A stretch of DNA of 64,000 nucleotides from the NCBI GenBank assembly GCA_965645245.1, contig OZ287070.1, positions 310,001 to 374,000 on the forward strand, read 5' to 3'. This document shows, piece after piece, positions 13,586 to 25,287 of this stretch. Origin of the DNA: Massalongia carnosa. Lineage: Eukaryota. The notes beneath the pieces are model-generated. The model did not search any database. It saw nothing but the letters and a program-made list of their open reading frames with translations, and was not told the DNA's origin. Both the position numbers and the translations under genes were made by a program. The number at the start of each line of letters is the position of its first letter. The first letter of the stretch is position 1.

Positions 13586-16204
13586 TTATAAGAAGCCGTC
13601 CTTAGGCGGATGGAATTTGGCGGGAAAGTCTCCTGGAGAGGAAGAGCGAGGGTCGTGCTGGGAAAGGCTGTCCTTGGACCAGAAGACTTTGGCAGGGAAC
13701 CCTTCTTTGGGCAGTGGAGAAGGGTGGTGTTTGGGTAAGTCGTCCTTGGCCAGAGAGACTTGGGCAGGAAAATCTCCTTTGGACAGAGAGGAAGGGGAGT
13801 ACTTGAGGAAGCCGTCCTTGGACATCTCGCTGAAGCCCGTGCCGCGTCGTTCCGACACAAACCTTGGCTTGCCCTCTTCATCTTCCACCATCTCAAACCG
13901 GACCTTGGCCAGTTCGAGCTCGTCGTCCAAGCCCTCGAATTCGCCTTGCGAGTTGTGCTCGAGGGCCGCCACGAAGAGCTCGACGGCCGAGTGCTCGTGC
14001 CGAAAACGGAACGTAAGGGCAAGAACGAGCCGAACGAGAACGCAAACAGCACCCAAAAGCACGACGGCGATGCCAAGCTGCGAGGTCCGGTCGCTGACCC
14101 CGTACGCCCAAATGTGGATAATCGTGTATCGGTGGAAAGTGGGCCCGGTGCTGGATGCCATCTCGGTTGCGTTCCCGACTTCACCGAATCCCCAATCCAC
14201 CAGGGACGACGCTTGGCCCAACGCGTAGTTGTGAAGAAATGTAAACTCGAGGCCGAAGGTGGGTAGAGCTTTAACGAGTGCTTTTGCCATTGGCCGATTG
14301 CCGTTGACGGTGCCTCCGTCCTGAACCGACCAGGTAGCCAGCAACCAATCGGGATGCATAACCTCGGGGCGGTCCGATTCGCCTATATCACTGAGATTGC
14401 GCATTTGAATGATCCCCAAAGGGTTTGTCTCAACCGCGACGTCGTACCAGTAGGTTGAGTATCCAATGTATGTGTACCAGTCGCACCAAGCCCGTGCATT
14501 GAGATGCGTTCGGTCTTGAAGATTGTACTCAACAATCTGCATGTTGGAAGTGCTATTCCGGAACTCTTCTGGCAGTTCCACATTGAAGATTTTCTCCCAG
14601 TCACATACTACATCTGATTTCTCGGCCATACATTCCAGGACACCGGTCCCGAAATCGTCCGTCTCATTAAAGTATGTCGCTTTCTGGGAGAAATATGTCC
14701 TTACCTCTAGCATGGGGTCAGATTCGTGGGCTGATGTGCTAGAATGTCCAACAAAGAAAGAGTTTTCCAAGACAACATCAGACCATGATCCAGTTTGAAA
14801 GCACATGGTGTAGGAACGTGGATCGTTTTCGTCGATAAACTGCCAGTGATTCATGCAAGTAACCCCTCGTTTCTTGTCCACCGGCCAAGTAGTTATGTTC
14901 CCTAAAAAACACCGGCTCGAAGTACCGAGGCTAATCGACTCTCTTTGAATAATGGTTCCCAGGGTGTTGTTGTAAAACTTTGGCGGAAGGCTTCCACCTA
15001 AACTCACATTACCACTCATAGCACCTTCGGTGAGACCGTACAGATCGTTAGAGATTTCTCGTAAAGCCTGCCGGCTGGGTGACCATATCACATTGCCACT
15101 GGCCGACACATTTAAGGTGAATTGTACGGATGATTGTTGTGTCGTGGTAAGCATCATATTAGCAGATTCATGCCTTACTTGCATGGCCGATGACTCTGTA
15201 GCTTCGGCAAAACCATCCAAGGCAGCCCCGTAAAGACTCCACGTACAATTGTATAATCCGGCGGTAAGTTCGTCATCAGTGCAAGTTGAGTTAAGCATTG
15301 GTCCACCTGGCGCGAAAGAAGCATTGGTCCCGTTGAATACCTGTACGGCCTCATGCGGCATCTCGATCCACTGAAGGTTAGGTATAACCAACACGGCCGT
15401 AGCAGGACCCATTAGATTTGTCAGTATCGTTAACGAGGCAGCAAGTAAAACGAAGATGTATAATTTCCCCGTCACTGCGCGGATTTTTGGTGAGCCGCTT
15501 GGATGTGGTATTGGCGACGTCCACAAAAGTGGGTTTAGCAGGTATCGAATATCCCCAAACTCCAGATGTGTCAACAAAAAACCAACAGGTAGACCACCAC
15601 CTTTCTTCGCCAGGAGCATCGCCACATCATAGACCAGGCTTGTGGATATAAACATAAACCATACTTCCAGCGCTTTAGATGCGAACTGCAACACGCCCAT
15701 GACATTGTGATCCCGACTATCAAACTGGCGTGTCTTTACGATTGTTTGTAAACCGAAAAGATCAGTAGAGCAATCGTCTCTTGGGCACCAGATACTAGCG
15801 CCAATCATGTAGCTATTAATATTAAGGGCCAAGACAGCGCTTATGGGAACCAGCCATAAAAAGCCAATGATCTGCGAGACGATTGCCCACGTCCAGGATC
15901 TACGCCCACGATGCGCTTTTTTGATGATCTCGGGGCTTTCGGTTTTGAGTGTGGAGCTTCTCGATAGCTCCCTCTCGTCGACACTGAGAGTTGATTGCCG
16001 TGAAAACCCTTTCTCATCAACGTTGAGCGTGGATTGCCGCGAGAACTCCCTCGCCTCGATCTCCATCTCTTTATGCGTCTCTTCATATGAGGGGTCCATG
16101 GCCTTTAACCGCTTCGCGAAGAATGGCTCTATGTCTCTCGGCCTTTCTTTAAAGAACGGATGATCCATTGCTTGCATTCTCTGCTCCTGCAAGTAGGGAT
16201 CCAT
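13586..16204 (-). CDS. Uncharacterised multi-pass membrane protein with large Cys/N-glycosylated lumenal domain and tandem repeats at both termini
   Basis: Intronless ~872-aa ORF from ATG 16204; several hydrophobic segments (WAIVSQIIGFLWLVPISAVLAL; LYIFVLLAASLTILTNLMGPATAVLVIP; LGIAVVLLGAVCVLVRLVLAL); many NxS/T sequons. Confidence 0.85.
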   Translation of the reverse strand: MDPYLQEQRMQAMDHPFFKERPRDIEPFFAKRLKAMDPSYEETHKEMEIEAREFSRQSTLNVDEKGFSRQSTLSVDERELSRSSTLKTESPEIIKKAHRGRRSWTWAIVSQIIGFLWLVPISAVLALNINSYMIGASIWCPRDDCSTDLFGLQTIVKTRQFDSRDHNVMGVLQFASKALEVWFMFISTSLVYDVAMLLAKKGGGLPVGFLLTHLEFGDIRYLLNPLLWTSPIPHPSGSPKIRAVTGKLYIFVLLAASLTILTNLMGPATAVLVIPNLQWIEMPHEAVQVFNGTNASFAPGGPMLNSTCTDDELTAGLYNCTWSLYGAALDGFAEATESSAMQVRHESANMMLTTTQQSSVQFTLNVSASGNVIWSPSRQALREISNDLYGLTEGAMSGNVSLGGSLPPKFYNNTLGTIIQRESISLGTSSRCFLGNITTWPVDKKRGVTCMNHWQFIDENDPRSYTMCFQTGSWSDVVLENSFFVGHSSTSAHESDPMLEVRTYFSQKATYFNETDDFGTGVLECMAEKSDVVCDWEKIFNVELPEEFRNSTSNMQIVEYNLQDRTHLNARAWCDWYTYIGYSTYWYDVAVETNPLGIIQMRNLSDIGESDRPEVMHPDWLLATWSVQDGGTVNGNRPMAKALVKALPTFGLEFTFLHNYALGQASSLVDWGFGEVGNATEMASSTGPTFHRYTIIHIWAYGVSDRTSQLGIAVVLLGAVCVLVRLVLALTFRFRHEHSAVELFVAALEHNSQGEFEGLDDELELAKVRFEMVEDEEGKPRFVSERRGTGFSEMSKDGFLKYSPSSLSKGDFPAQVSLAKDDLPKHHPSPLPKEGFPAKVFWSKDSLSQHDPRSSSPGDFPAKFHPPKDGFL

Positions 16205-19200
16205 CGTGATCCTGCACAGATTGATTGTCGAAATGCACAATGGATATTTAGGTTTGGGTATAGCACGAGTTGTCAGAATATTTTATTCGATGCTTGTTCA
16301 AGAGGAAGAAAGAAGCAAGACTTGGAAGGGAAGGTGACCAGATGTAAAGCTTCCTGAGCGTTAGTTCTGGTATTTATGGTGGCAAGACTTGAAGCTCCCG
16401 AAATTGTAGAGTGTGACAAAGGATGGCATAAGATTAACTAGAAATGGGAATATGCAAACAATTAAAGTGGAAGGGAAGCTGCCAAATACAAGTGTGCCAA
16501 AGACCAAGAACCAAGCGGCAGAGATCGCTACTCGTTGGAGCACCCTGTGAAGAAGAACAACGACCCTGTCAAACACGACATGTTGGCAGAAGCAACTCAT
16601 CCACCTTACTCTGTACAGACGGCAGGATAGAAAGGGACCAGCATAAACTCGGCTCGTGAGGTAGGTTAGGTTTTAGATGCATATCAGATCCATCGGCTAA
16701 AAAAAAACCAACCATCCTCTGGTGCAGCTAACGGTCTCGAGTTTGGGGGAGAGAATGGTAAACCGTTACCGATGAGAAGCAGCCCTTGTCTTCATCTTCC
16801 TGATCTCTTGCGCTACACTCAGATAGTCTACTTAGAGGAAAGGGGTCTAGCTTGCATGATCGTGCCTTGAGGCCAGGGCATGCAGGCATGAACTGACAGA
16901 CGGCAGCATCTTTAAGCAGTTGTACACTTGTCCGTGATGAGCTAGACTAATGTGGCGTGGCAACTGGTCGTCTGGCCCTCCGGCCTGGAAAACCTTCTAG
17001 AATGCTCTCTAACAAACATCTGTTCGTCATTTTCAGGGTCTTTTTGGGTTGCACGGTAACTTTCCGGCGGGTTCAACCTGCAGCTGTTGCCGCTGTTTCA
17101 GTGATCGACTATGGTGCGGTTGTATTTCCATCAGGGCGGCTCTTAGCGTTCCTGTCTATTACTTTGCTTACTTGAACTCATTGCCCTGGCTTCCTTCGAA
17201 AAGCGCAAGACCTTTAATGATGAATGAGAATATGAAATAACCGGGTCTTGGAGTAGTGAAAATGGTCAGCCTCAATGATAGGCTGCACAAACTGGATTTG
17301 GGGTCCAGTCCGCTCGCCCCTCCCGGCGCGTTTCAGTTACAAGCGATGCCTTCAGACTTAAGACATGTTGGAGAAACATCTCGTATCCAGACTCTGCTGG
17401 CGCAGCGCCACGCATTGTTCGTTTCCTTCCATGCCGTGCTTACAGTTCAATTCTCCGTTGCATTCTGCACGACTTCATAGCGCAGGGGTCCAGGTCAGTT
17501 GCTAGTTTCGCGAACTTCCCGCTTCGGCCGAGAGTTTCAAAGTCGCGGACGGGTTACTCCTATCTCCCTTTCCTCAGGAGTGGGACCCGCATCTCCTTAA
17601 TTGACCTTCTAGTTACCGATGTCCGATCACGCACACCAAATCATTTCCAGGGCAATTAGTTGAGTGATGTGTATCACGAGAACCTAAGATTGACAGATAA
17701 CCCGAGAATCATTGCCGTCTCCTGCACGCCAAAGGAACCGAAGTGTAGTGGCAATTTATTGGCCTGTCTCGATAAGCGGACAATAGAGGACGATGACATC
17801 TCTTATGAGGTTAACGAGGTCGTGAGCGTAGTACACAAAATAGATCTAGTAATTATATGCCTGTTTCTCACACAGAGTACAACATAGGTCGTTTGACCTT
17901 TTCATTCTAACTGTTTTAGGCTAGCTTTCCTTGTGTCGACTTTTTCGGGAATCCTAGTCTTTTAGGTCCTAACCCTAGACAGTAAAGAGTACGAGTACAG
18001 ATAGCTCTTCACGCCCATCCCATAGCGATACAGAAGTTATGGTTGGCATGGCTTGATCTTCATACAAGCCTCAAGTACATCAGCTAGAGTCATGAACTAT
18101 GTTTCCCTTCTCCCTCCAAATCTTCAAGCTTCAAGTGTTCCCTCCAAGACTAAGAGTGAAGCACAACAAACGGCAGCCATTCCCAAAGCTGGTTTCTCCA
18201 CAGCCGTGATCATGATACATCGACGATGAGCGGAATATAATTATTCTGTCTTGGTAGCTATGATCTCCTCGATTGAAAACTATCACCCAAGGTTCCGAGT
18301 GTCATTCTGTAAGAGAATTAACGACTAAAATCGAACTTGAGACTTGGTTAGGTAGCAAGGTATATATCATCAGTGTTCCCATACGGACGACTTGAACGAC
18401 CCGTGCCTCTTGCGAAGCGGATACTGCTTATCTGGCCCACGGCTGTTGCCATTGGAATATCTTAACGGTGCTATGTCGCAAGATCTCATCGTGCTCTTTT
18501 CCTATGTGTTGAAGCAAGCTAACGGAGTAATACAGTTATCAGCAGCATTGCCGATGACTATCACAGGACTTTTCTCGCAACTACCCCGTCGCCCCGGTGC
18601 TTCTTCTGCCGTGCTAGCTTGACGGGTGGACCCTGAATCTGATCTCCCCGTAGAAGGGCCGCACTTCCTTCGTTGAGCCGTCTGATAGACCTATGATAAC
18701 GATACCCCACGTCACAAGCAAAGGAAATCTATTAAAGTTTTCCGTTACGCAGTGCATCTCTTCATTCTTCCCGTCACAACAGCATACCCAGGAATCTGCT
18801 CAACTACTGCTAGCTGTAATCAATCGGGGGGGCCGTGCTTGCATCTGAAGGAGTTACCCAACATCTGGCCTTTTCGGATTAACATCTACGAGCTAGTTGA
18901 TGGTCTGAATGATCCGAACCCGGCATCTTAGCCCTTTCTACTTTATCTCTGGTGAACCAGTAGCTTGTAGTTAGGGATTTTCGGCGGTCCATCTGGAGCC
19001 CTTGAAACGAAGCTCTATGTTGTAATACCAGTTCGCTGACACCCACCCCTTTTGTCTATTCAAAGTAAGGAGGGAGGTCGCCTATTCTCTACAGGGTAGC
19101 CAAGGTGGCTTGTCTACTGCTCTCTAGCCTTTTGAGGATATTACCCATTGCGGTATTAAGAAATACCGCAATGGATTTCAAGAGAGGACCGCAAAACCTA

Positions 19201-20627
19201 ACCCAAAACTGAAACCGAAAGCTAGCTTCATACCTATAGTCTAGCAAGCTGATTACATTCTTGAACTTTTCCCAATTATTTCCAGCACTTGAGAACGCAA
19301 GTAAACTCCAGGGATCGAAGAATGAATAAGATTCAATCATGATCCAACAGCATTGTTTGAGGGAGATTTATGCATAGATTACTCTAAGGGTCTTTTATTT
19401 AGACGTTTTCCAATCGCTGTCTCCTAATATCAATGAGTTTCCAATCATCATCCATATAGATCCATTCAATGAACCTATATTGAACAGTCGTTGACTCTGC
19501 GAAGTACGATATCAACGGCGATTGAAAGCACAAAACCAAGAAGAAAGGCTTTTTGTTTCAGAACCACACCTTTAACTAGTTAACAGACTGCATGAAACAC
19601 GCAAAACTGTCCTTGAGAAAATGTAACTTCTCCCCAAACCATCCCGTGGTCGAGCACTTGATAGACACAGTTCCTGCTAAAGTAAAGACTCAACAAAGAT
19701 CTGTCGAGGTTAATCGAAACGAGAAATTTTCGGTTGTTCTGGAAGTGGCTAAACCCGAAACATGCCAAGGAAGAAGATACGTACCACCGATAGCTCCTGT
19801 CCAGCCACGCTCCGGAAGCAATGCCCGTTGCAAAGCAGTGTGCTTCAAGAATCGAGACATACGCATGAACGTCTTCACTTGTGCCCGTCGCATTCGGTGC
19901 CCCTTCATTCGCTATAGGCCTCAATGTAAAGCAAACAAGGAAGACTTACGTTTTCCGTCCCTCCTGCCGCCTACTCTGCGATCCTAAAGTTTCTATGTCG
20001 AAATTTCAGGGCTTCATATCATGGGATGAATATCATGAGGATGCCGCAATGCAGCAATAAAGAGCTGATGGGTGAACGGAAAGGAAAGACAGCGGAAAAG
20101 ATAGCGCAGCTATAATCGTGCAACCTGTTTCATTAGCTATTTTTATACCTTTCTGCCTTTTCTTCCTTTCGGCTCCAGACCAGTATTGAAATGGACCGTG
20201 AAGAGGCAACAGAAAAAATGCCAGATAGGTCATACTAGAAGCAAGGATGCTCTTCGTTAATCTTCTCTGGCAATTACTCTCTTCTAAGGACCATCGTCAC
20301 GCCATGCCTGGGACCATATTCAGTATTGCGGTTTAGCGACGGGTCCTTGTATACACTGCGCACTAAATCTGGCACGGGTTTTAAGTGACGACTTGAAAAA
20401 ATATCTGCGTTGGTATTCCAGCCTCCTACTATTCCTTCTCCTACCTATTATCCAGAATATTTTTCGATAGAGTTTATCTCTCAACATGTAAGTTGTGTAA
20501 TTGAGGGTGGATAATGATCAGAAAAATACTCTGTATAAATTGACCAGATTTGGGATGATTTAGCCGGTAAGCCCCATGATCAATTATAGGCAGGACCAGT
20601 GGTCCTACGCTTATCAAAGAAAGAATG

Positions 20628-20669
20628 CACGTGGTAATTATGTACCCTATGATCCTTTCACGTCACGTG
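20628..20669. promoter_or_regulatory. Two CACGTG E-boxes upstream of the alkaline phosphatase gene (putative Pho4/NUC-1/PalcA sites)
   Basis: CACGTG at 20628-20633 (context GCACGTGG) and 20664-20669, about 100-140 bp upstream of the PHO8 ATG. Confidence 0.55.
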
Positions 20670-20764
20670 TATGAACCATGCCTCATGACGTGACGCCTCT
20701 ACAAAGTACTCTTGATGCCACCTTACCATCCCCAGAGAGAATATTATTCTACAATAACTCCCCC

Positions 20765-22655
20765 ATGGCGAGAGACGACGAGCCTTTACTGGTCCAAGAT
20801 CGAGCGTCCTCGGAAAATTCTGACGAGCGCAATATTGAAGAAGAAGATGCGCTCCTGACAGGCCGGCACAAACGGCGCCCCAGCAAATATGGATGGGCGT
20901 TTTGGCGAGAAGTGGGGCTCTTTGCATGGGCGATGATTGCTACAGCATTGGTCATCATCGTTGCGGCCATGTATCAGCATCAGAAAACCTCACATCCAGG
21001 GAGCGTTGGCGGAGGATGGAAGGGCGGAAAGCCCAACGGGAAACGAAATCTAATTTTCATGGTCTCAGACGGCATGGGTCCAACGAGTCTGTCGATGACG
21101 AGGAGTTTTAGGCAGGTGGAGACTGGGCTAGCGTTTGATGATGTTCTGGTGTTGGATCAGCATCTGATCGGATCCTCACGGACAAGAAGCACGTCAAGCT
21201 TGATCACGGACTCTGCTGCTGGTGCCACGGCTTTTTCCTGTGGGCATAAGAGCTACAACGGGGCCATTTCAGTCCTTCCGGATCACTCACCTTGCGGCAC
21301 AGTACTAGAAGCAGCTAAGAAAGCGGGTTATATGACCGGGTTGGTTGTCACAACACGAATCACAGATGCAACGCCAGCGTGCTTTGCCGCGCATGTGAAC
21401 CGAAGAGAAGAGGAGGACAGGATCGCCGAGCAAGAAGTTGGAGACCATCCATTAGGACGCGTGGTGGATCTGATGCTTGGGGGTGGACGATGCCATTTCT
21501 TACCAAACTCGACGGATGGTTCGTGTCGCGGAGATAACAAGGACGTTGTAGATTTGGCGAAGAAGAATGGGTTCAGCTACGTGAACAGCCGAAAAGATCT
21601 CGATGGGCTTAAGATTGGGAGTGCGGTTAAGCTGCCACTTCTGGGTTTGTTTGCCAACACAGACATCCCGTACGAGGTGGATCGAAGAAATCTTAATGAC
21701 GTGTATCCATCCCTTGATGAGATGGCACGGACTGCATTGCGAGCCCTGAGCGATGCCACCAAAGACAGCGAGCAAGGATTCTTTCTCATGATTGAAGGCA
21801 GCCGGATCGATCACGCAGGCCATGGCAACGATCCGGTGGCCCAGGTCCACGAGGTGCTGGCGTATGATAAGGCATTTGCGAGCGTACTGGAATTCTTAGA
21901 CAACGATGACGTGGAAGGCGTGCTGGTAGGAACGAGCGATCATGAAACTGGAGGGCTGGCAGCCGCCCGCCGTAAGTTTGCTTCCGCTTTGACAAACAAA
22001 TGGGTTCGCTGACTTAATGATCAGAGCTGCATGACACTTATCCAGAGTATCGCTGGTTTCCAGAGATGCTGGTTAACGCCACTCATTCGGCGGAAAACCT
22101 GGCGTACCAGCTTCACGACTACCTCAGCGCCCAGAAAAGCGTTTCCAAAGACAACGTGAAGGCTTTCGTTCGGAAAACCCTGCTGGAAAGGGGGTTGGGG
22201 GTTTATGATGCCACAGACGATGAAGTGAGCCGTCTGGCCGAGAATTCGGACCCGTGGCCAGCATCCTACATCTTCGCCGACATCATCAGCCGCCGCGCTC
22301 AGATTGGCTGGAGCACGCATGGCCATTCAGGTACGTATCCCTTCTCCAACGCGAAACCTCTTTCTTTCCCACTAACCCTTCACCAGCCGTCGACGTCAAC
22401 ATCTACGCCTCCGACCCGCGCCACGCCCAACCGCTCGTTGGCAACCACGAAAACACTGAAATCGGTGGCTTCATCCGCGACTACCTCGGCCTCAACCTAG
22501 ACGCCATCACGCGGGACCTCGAGGCGCACGCCGCGATCGAGGACACGGGCCGGCTGTGGATGGGGCGGCCGGTGGAGGACGAGCGGACGTTGGCGCAGGA
22601 AGATCACTACCATGGGGATTTCAAGCGGAGCTTGGAATGTGGGTGTGGGCATTAA
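20765..22655 (+). CDS. PHO8: Repressible vacuolar alkaline phosphatase (type II membrane anchor; 3 exons)
   Basis: Motifs NLIFMVSDGMG, ITDSAAGATAF (catalytic Ser), TTRITDATPA, FFLMIEGSRIDHAGH, TSDHETGG, GWSTHGHS/AVDVNIY; N-terminal TM helix; two GT-AG introns. Confidence 0.95.
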
Positions 22656-23865
22656 CTTTGGGGCGGGCTTGGGAGGCCTAGGGTCTAGGGCTTTCCGGCG
22701 TTTGGTCGAGGGGTTTCTACATGAAAGACCGTTTCTCCAGGAGGATATATATGCTTTGGTTGGGCCATTAGGAGACTTTAATAATTAACATCACCCTCCC
22801 TCTCCCTCTCCCTCTTCATCATCCATCCATCCCAGACCCCGCGATCGATTGATTAATTAATCAATTAACTTTCGCCCTCCCTACCACGGCCATCCCCGCT
22901 AACCCAATAAAAAAAACAACCGAACCCCCTTTTTCTTTTCTATTTCCTTTTTCCCTCTTTGCCTAGAAAAGTGGGGGGGGGGGGGGTTGGAACAGAGGGC
23001 GAGAAACGGATATGGTGAGTTTGGTCTTTTGGTTTTTGATCCCTGCCTCTATATCTACCCATGCTAGCTAGGTAGCATAAGTGCATCTACGTACTGAGAC
23101 CCCTTAACCTCCTTGCTCCTCACTCCTCGCAGTTATGGGTGAACTGGGAGAGAGAGATGGGGGAAGAAAGAAAAGCTCGAAGAAACAAGACAGAAAAGGA
23201 GAATACGCAGGAGGAAAACGAGAGCGTACGTACGAAGCGACTGTACGTACTCATTTCACCTCTCCGTTCATTGGCACTCGTTTCCTCCCGTTTTCGTTAT
23301 ATCCATCATCTCAGGATTCCGCGCAACGTTTTTTTAAAATTTAATCAACCCCTCCCCGGATCAGAAATATCGAATAACTGGGATTTTCTCGTTGTGGATT
23401 TGGTTTGCTGTCTCTGGACCGAATGGAAGAAGAGAAAAAGAAAGGAGGGGGGGTTTTTTTTTTTAAAAACCCCCCCCCTCCCCCCGGGGGAGAAATGGAT
23501 ATGTGTAAGCCCTCTCTCGTTCTCTCTTTCCGTCTTCCGCTTGATATGTATGTCCAATAATCCACTCGTTTATCTTCATCTTGGTACCCAGCTCATACAC
23601 CCCACTTATTATCCACTCGCATACTCCCCTCCCCCCCTTCCCCCCAACTCACTCTCTCCCCTGGAAGTGTTATTTTTTGAAAAATCTCTAAAACCTTTGG
23701 ACGAAATAATCTAAGTATTCTCGCAGGGAGTTATTGAGGGAAAGAAAAAACGTCGATCCAGCTCCTTTTCTGCCCGGATCAATTCGGAAAGACCGGAATA
23801 TTCCAATCCTGACCTTCTCCGCCAGAACTTTCATAAACCCGTCCCAGCTACACCCTCTTCCACCC

Positions 23866-24771
23866 TCACCGAAACTCGGCCTCCCCCAAACACCCACCCC
23901 ACCCGCCTGCGCGTCCATCCAAAACCCACCGGCCCGGCGCAATTTTCTTTGCGTCGTCCACTTCCCATTCCCTTTGCCTTTCCCGGAGGCCAACGCACAC
24001 TTCCGCCGCTTCGCCTCCGGTGCCTGCTCCTGCTTCGGCGCGTGAGCCTGCAGCCGCGCCTTCTGCGGGAGCGAATGGCCCGCTGCGGAAAGTTTGTAGG
24101 GCTGGGTTTAACGGTGGGGTGGGAATGGCCAGGGGTGATAGGGGTGGGATTGGGGGGGTTGGATGCTGATAGGGTGCAGCGTTGCAGATCTCGGTGTGGG
24201 GGGGATTCCGGGTCCAGTCGTCGCGGTCATCAACACCCCTGCTAAAACCTAAGCTCGAATCCCTATTCCCAGCGCCCGCATCAATCCCCTCCCCATTCCA
24301 CAGACCCTCAGCCCAAGGACACCTCGCGACGCTCCAGCCAGCATGGCATGCGGGTCCTCCTCCCAGGCTACCGCATCCCCACGCCACAGGCCAGATTTTC
24401 ACGCTTCCGGTGGGCGTTTCTCCAACTTCCTGTTCCTCGTCGCTTTCTCCGTCCTCATCATCCACACCCTCCCACGGCGCCCGTCCCCAGTTTCCCTCCC
24501 TATCACAGCCAGCGCGCCCTCTCCTCCTTGGTCTAGCGACCCGAAAACTGCCCCTACTCCCCGAAGCCGATCCCCTACTTCGCCGGCCCGGACGGCACGG
24601 CGGACAGACAACCGGCATGACCATGCCGCCCCGGAGAGGGGGCCGCTCGGGCTGGGAATGATAGTAGTGTAGGGCGGCGGTGAGAGCGTTGCAGTGGTCG
24701 GCGAGGGAGAGGGGGAGACAGGGAGTGAGGTGGCCGCAAGGGGGGTGGAAGAGGAGGTGAGTAATGCACAT
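23866..24771 (-). CDS. Hypothetical protein, MC-x9-CGH Cys/His motif family (paralog A)
   Basis: Good start context CACCATG; GC-rich 301-aa ORF; MCITHLLFHPPCGH...HC...MPVVCPP...GSVKIWPVAWGCG..C aligns by eye with the two neighbouring small ORFs. Confidence 0.7.
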   Translation of the reverse strand: MCITHLLFHPPCGHLTPCLPLSLADHCNALTAALHYYHSQPERPPLRGGMVMPVVCPPCRPGRRSRGSASGSRGSFRVARPRRRGRAGCDREGNWGRAPWEGVDDEDGESDEEQEVGETPTGSVKIWPVAWGCGSLGGGPACHAGWSVARCPWAEGLWNGEGIDAGAGNRDSSLGFSRGVDDRDDWTRNPPHTEICNAAPYQHPTPPIPPLSPLAIPTPPLNPALQTFRSGPFAPAEGAAAGSRAEAGAGTGGEAAEVCVGLRERQREWEVDDAKKIAPGRWVLDGRAGGWGGCLGEAEFR

Positions 24772-25237
24772 GGTGTATTTTTTTTATGTTGGTTCTGAGT
24801 TTTGTTTTCGGATTACATTCCGTGAACAGAAAGGGGCGCGAGAAGAGAAAGGAAAGGGACAGGGAAGACGAAAATGAATAAAAAAAGAAAAGCGAGCTTC
24901 CCGTATGGCTGCTTCGAAAAAAAGTATCCGTAAAGGATAAAGGAATAGCGACTCTGCCCCGAAGACCCGAAATCCGAGAAGAACACGAAAAAAGGAGTCG
25001 TGACCTTCTCTCGTTCCCCCCCTGAACTATCGCCCCTAACCGTTGTTACTCCAGGGAACGGGCCCAACCTGAACGAAAAGAACTTGTCACAATTCCCTGA
25101 GAGTTTCTGATATGATGCAGGAGTAGCGTTCGTGTTGAAGATGTTTCTGGGTGATCGAACGGTTGAGCGGTGAGATAATCGTTTGGTCGCTCGATCGTTC
25201 GTTCGATGACTTGTCTGGTTTGCTCGCTTGTCTGGTT

Positions 25238-25240
<3 letters not shown>

Positions 25241-25286
<46 letters not shown>
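25241..25286. repeat. (GT)23 microsatellite
   Basis: Perfect dinucleotide run. Confidence 0.95.

Positions 25287-25287
<1 letters not shown>

Noticed and set aside
13347..14228. 293-aa plus-strand ORF and similar long antisense ORFs (e.g. 10724-11170, 30761-31258, 61699-62247)
   Set aside because: Antisense shadows of real GC-rich genes with no independent motifs.
23444..23481. G7-T11-A5-C9 quasi-palindrome
   Set aside because: Imperfect and explained by adjacent homopolymer runs in a low-complexity tract.
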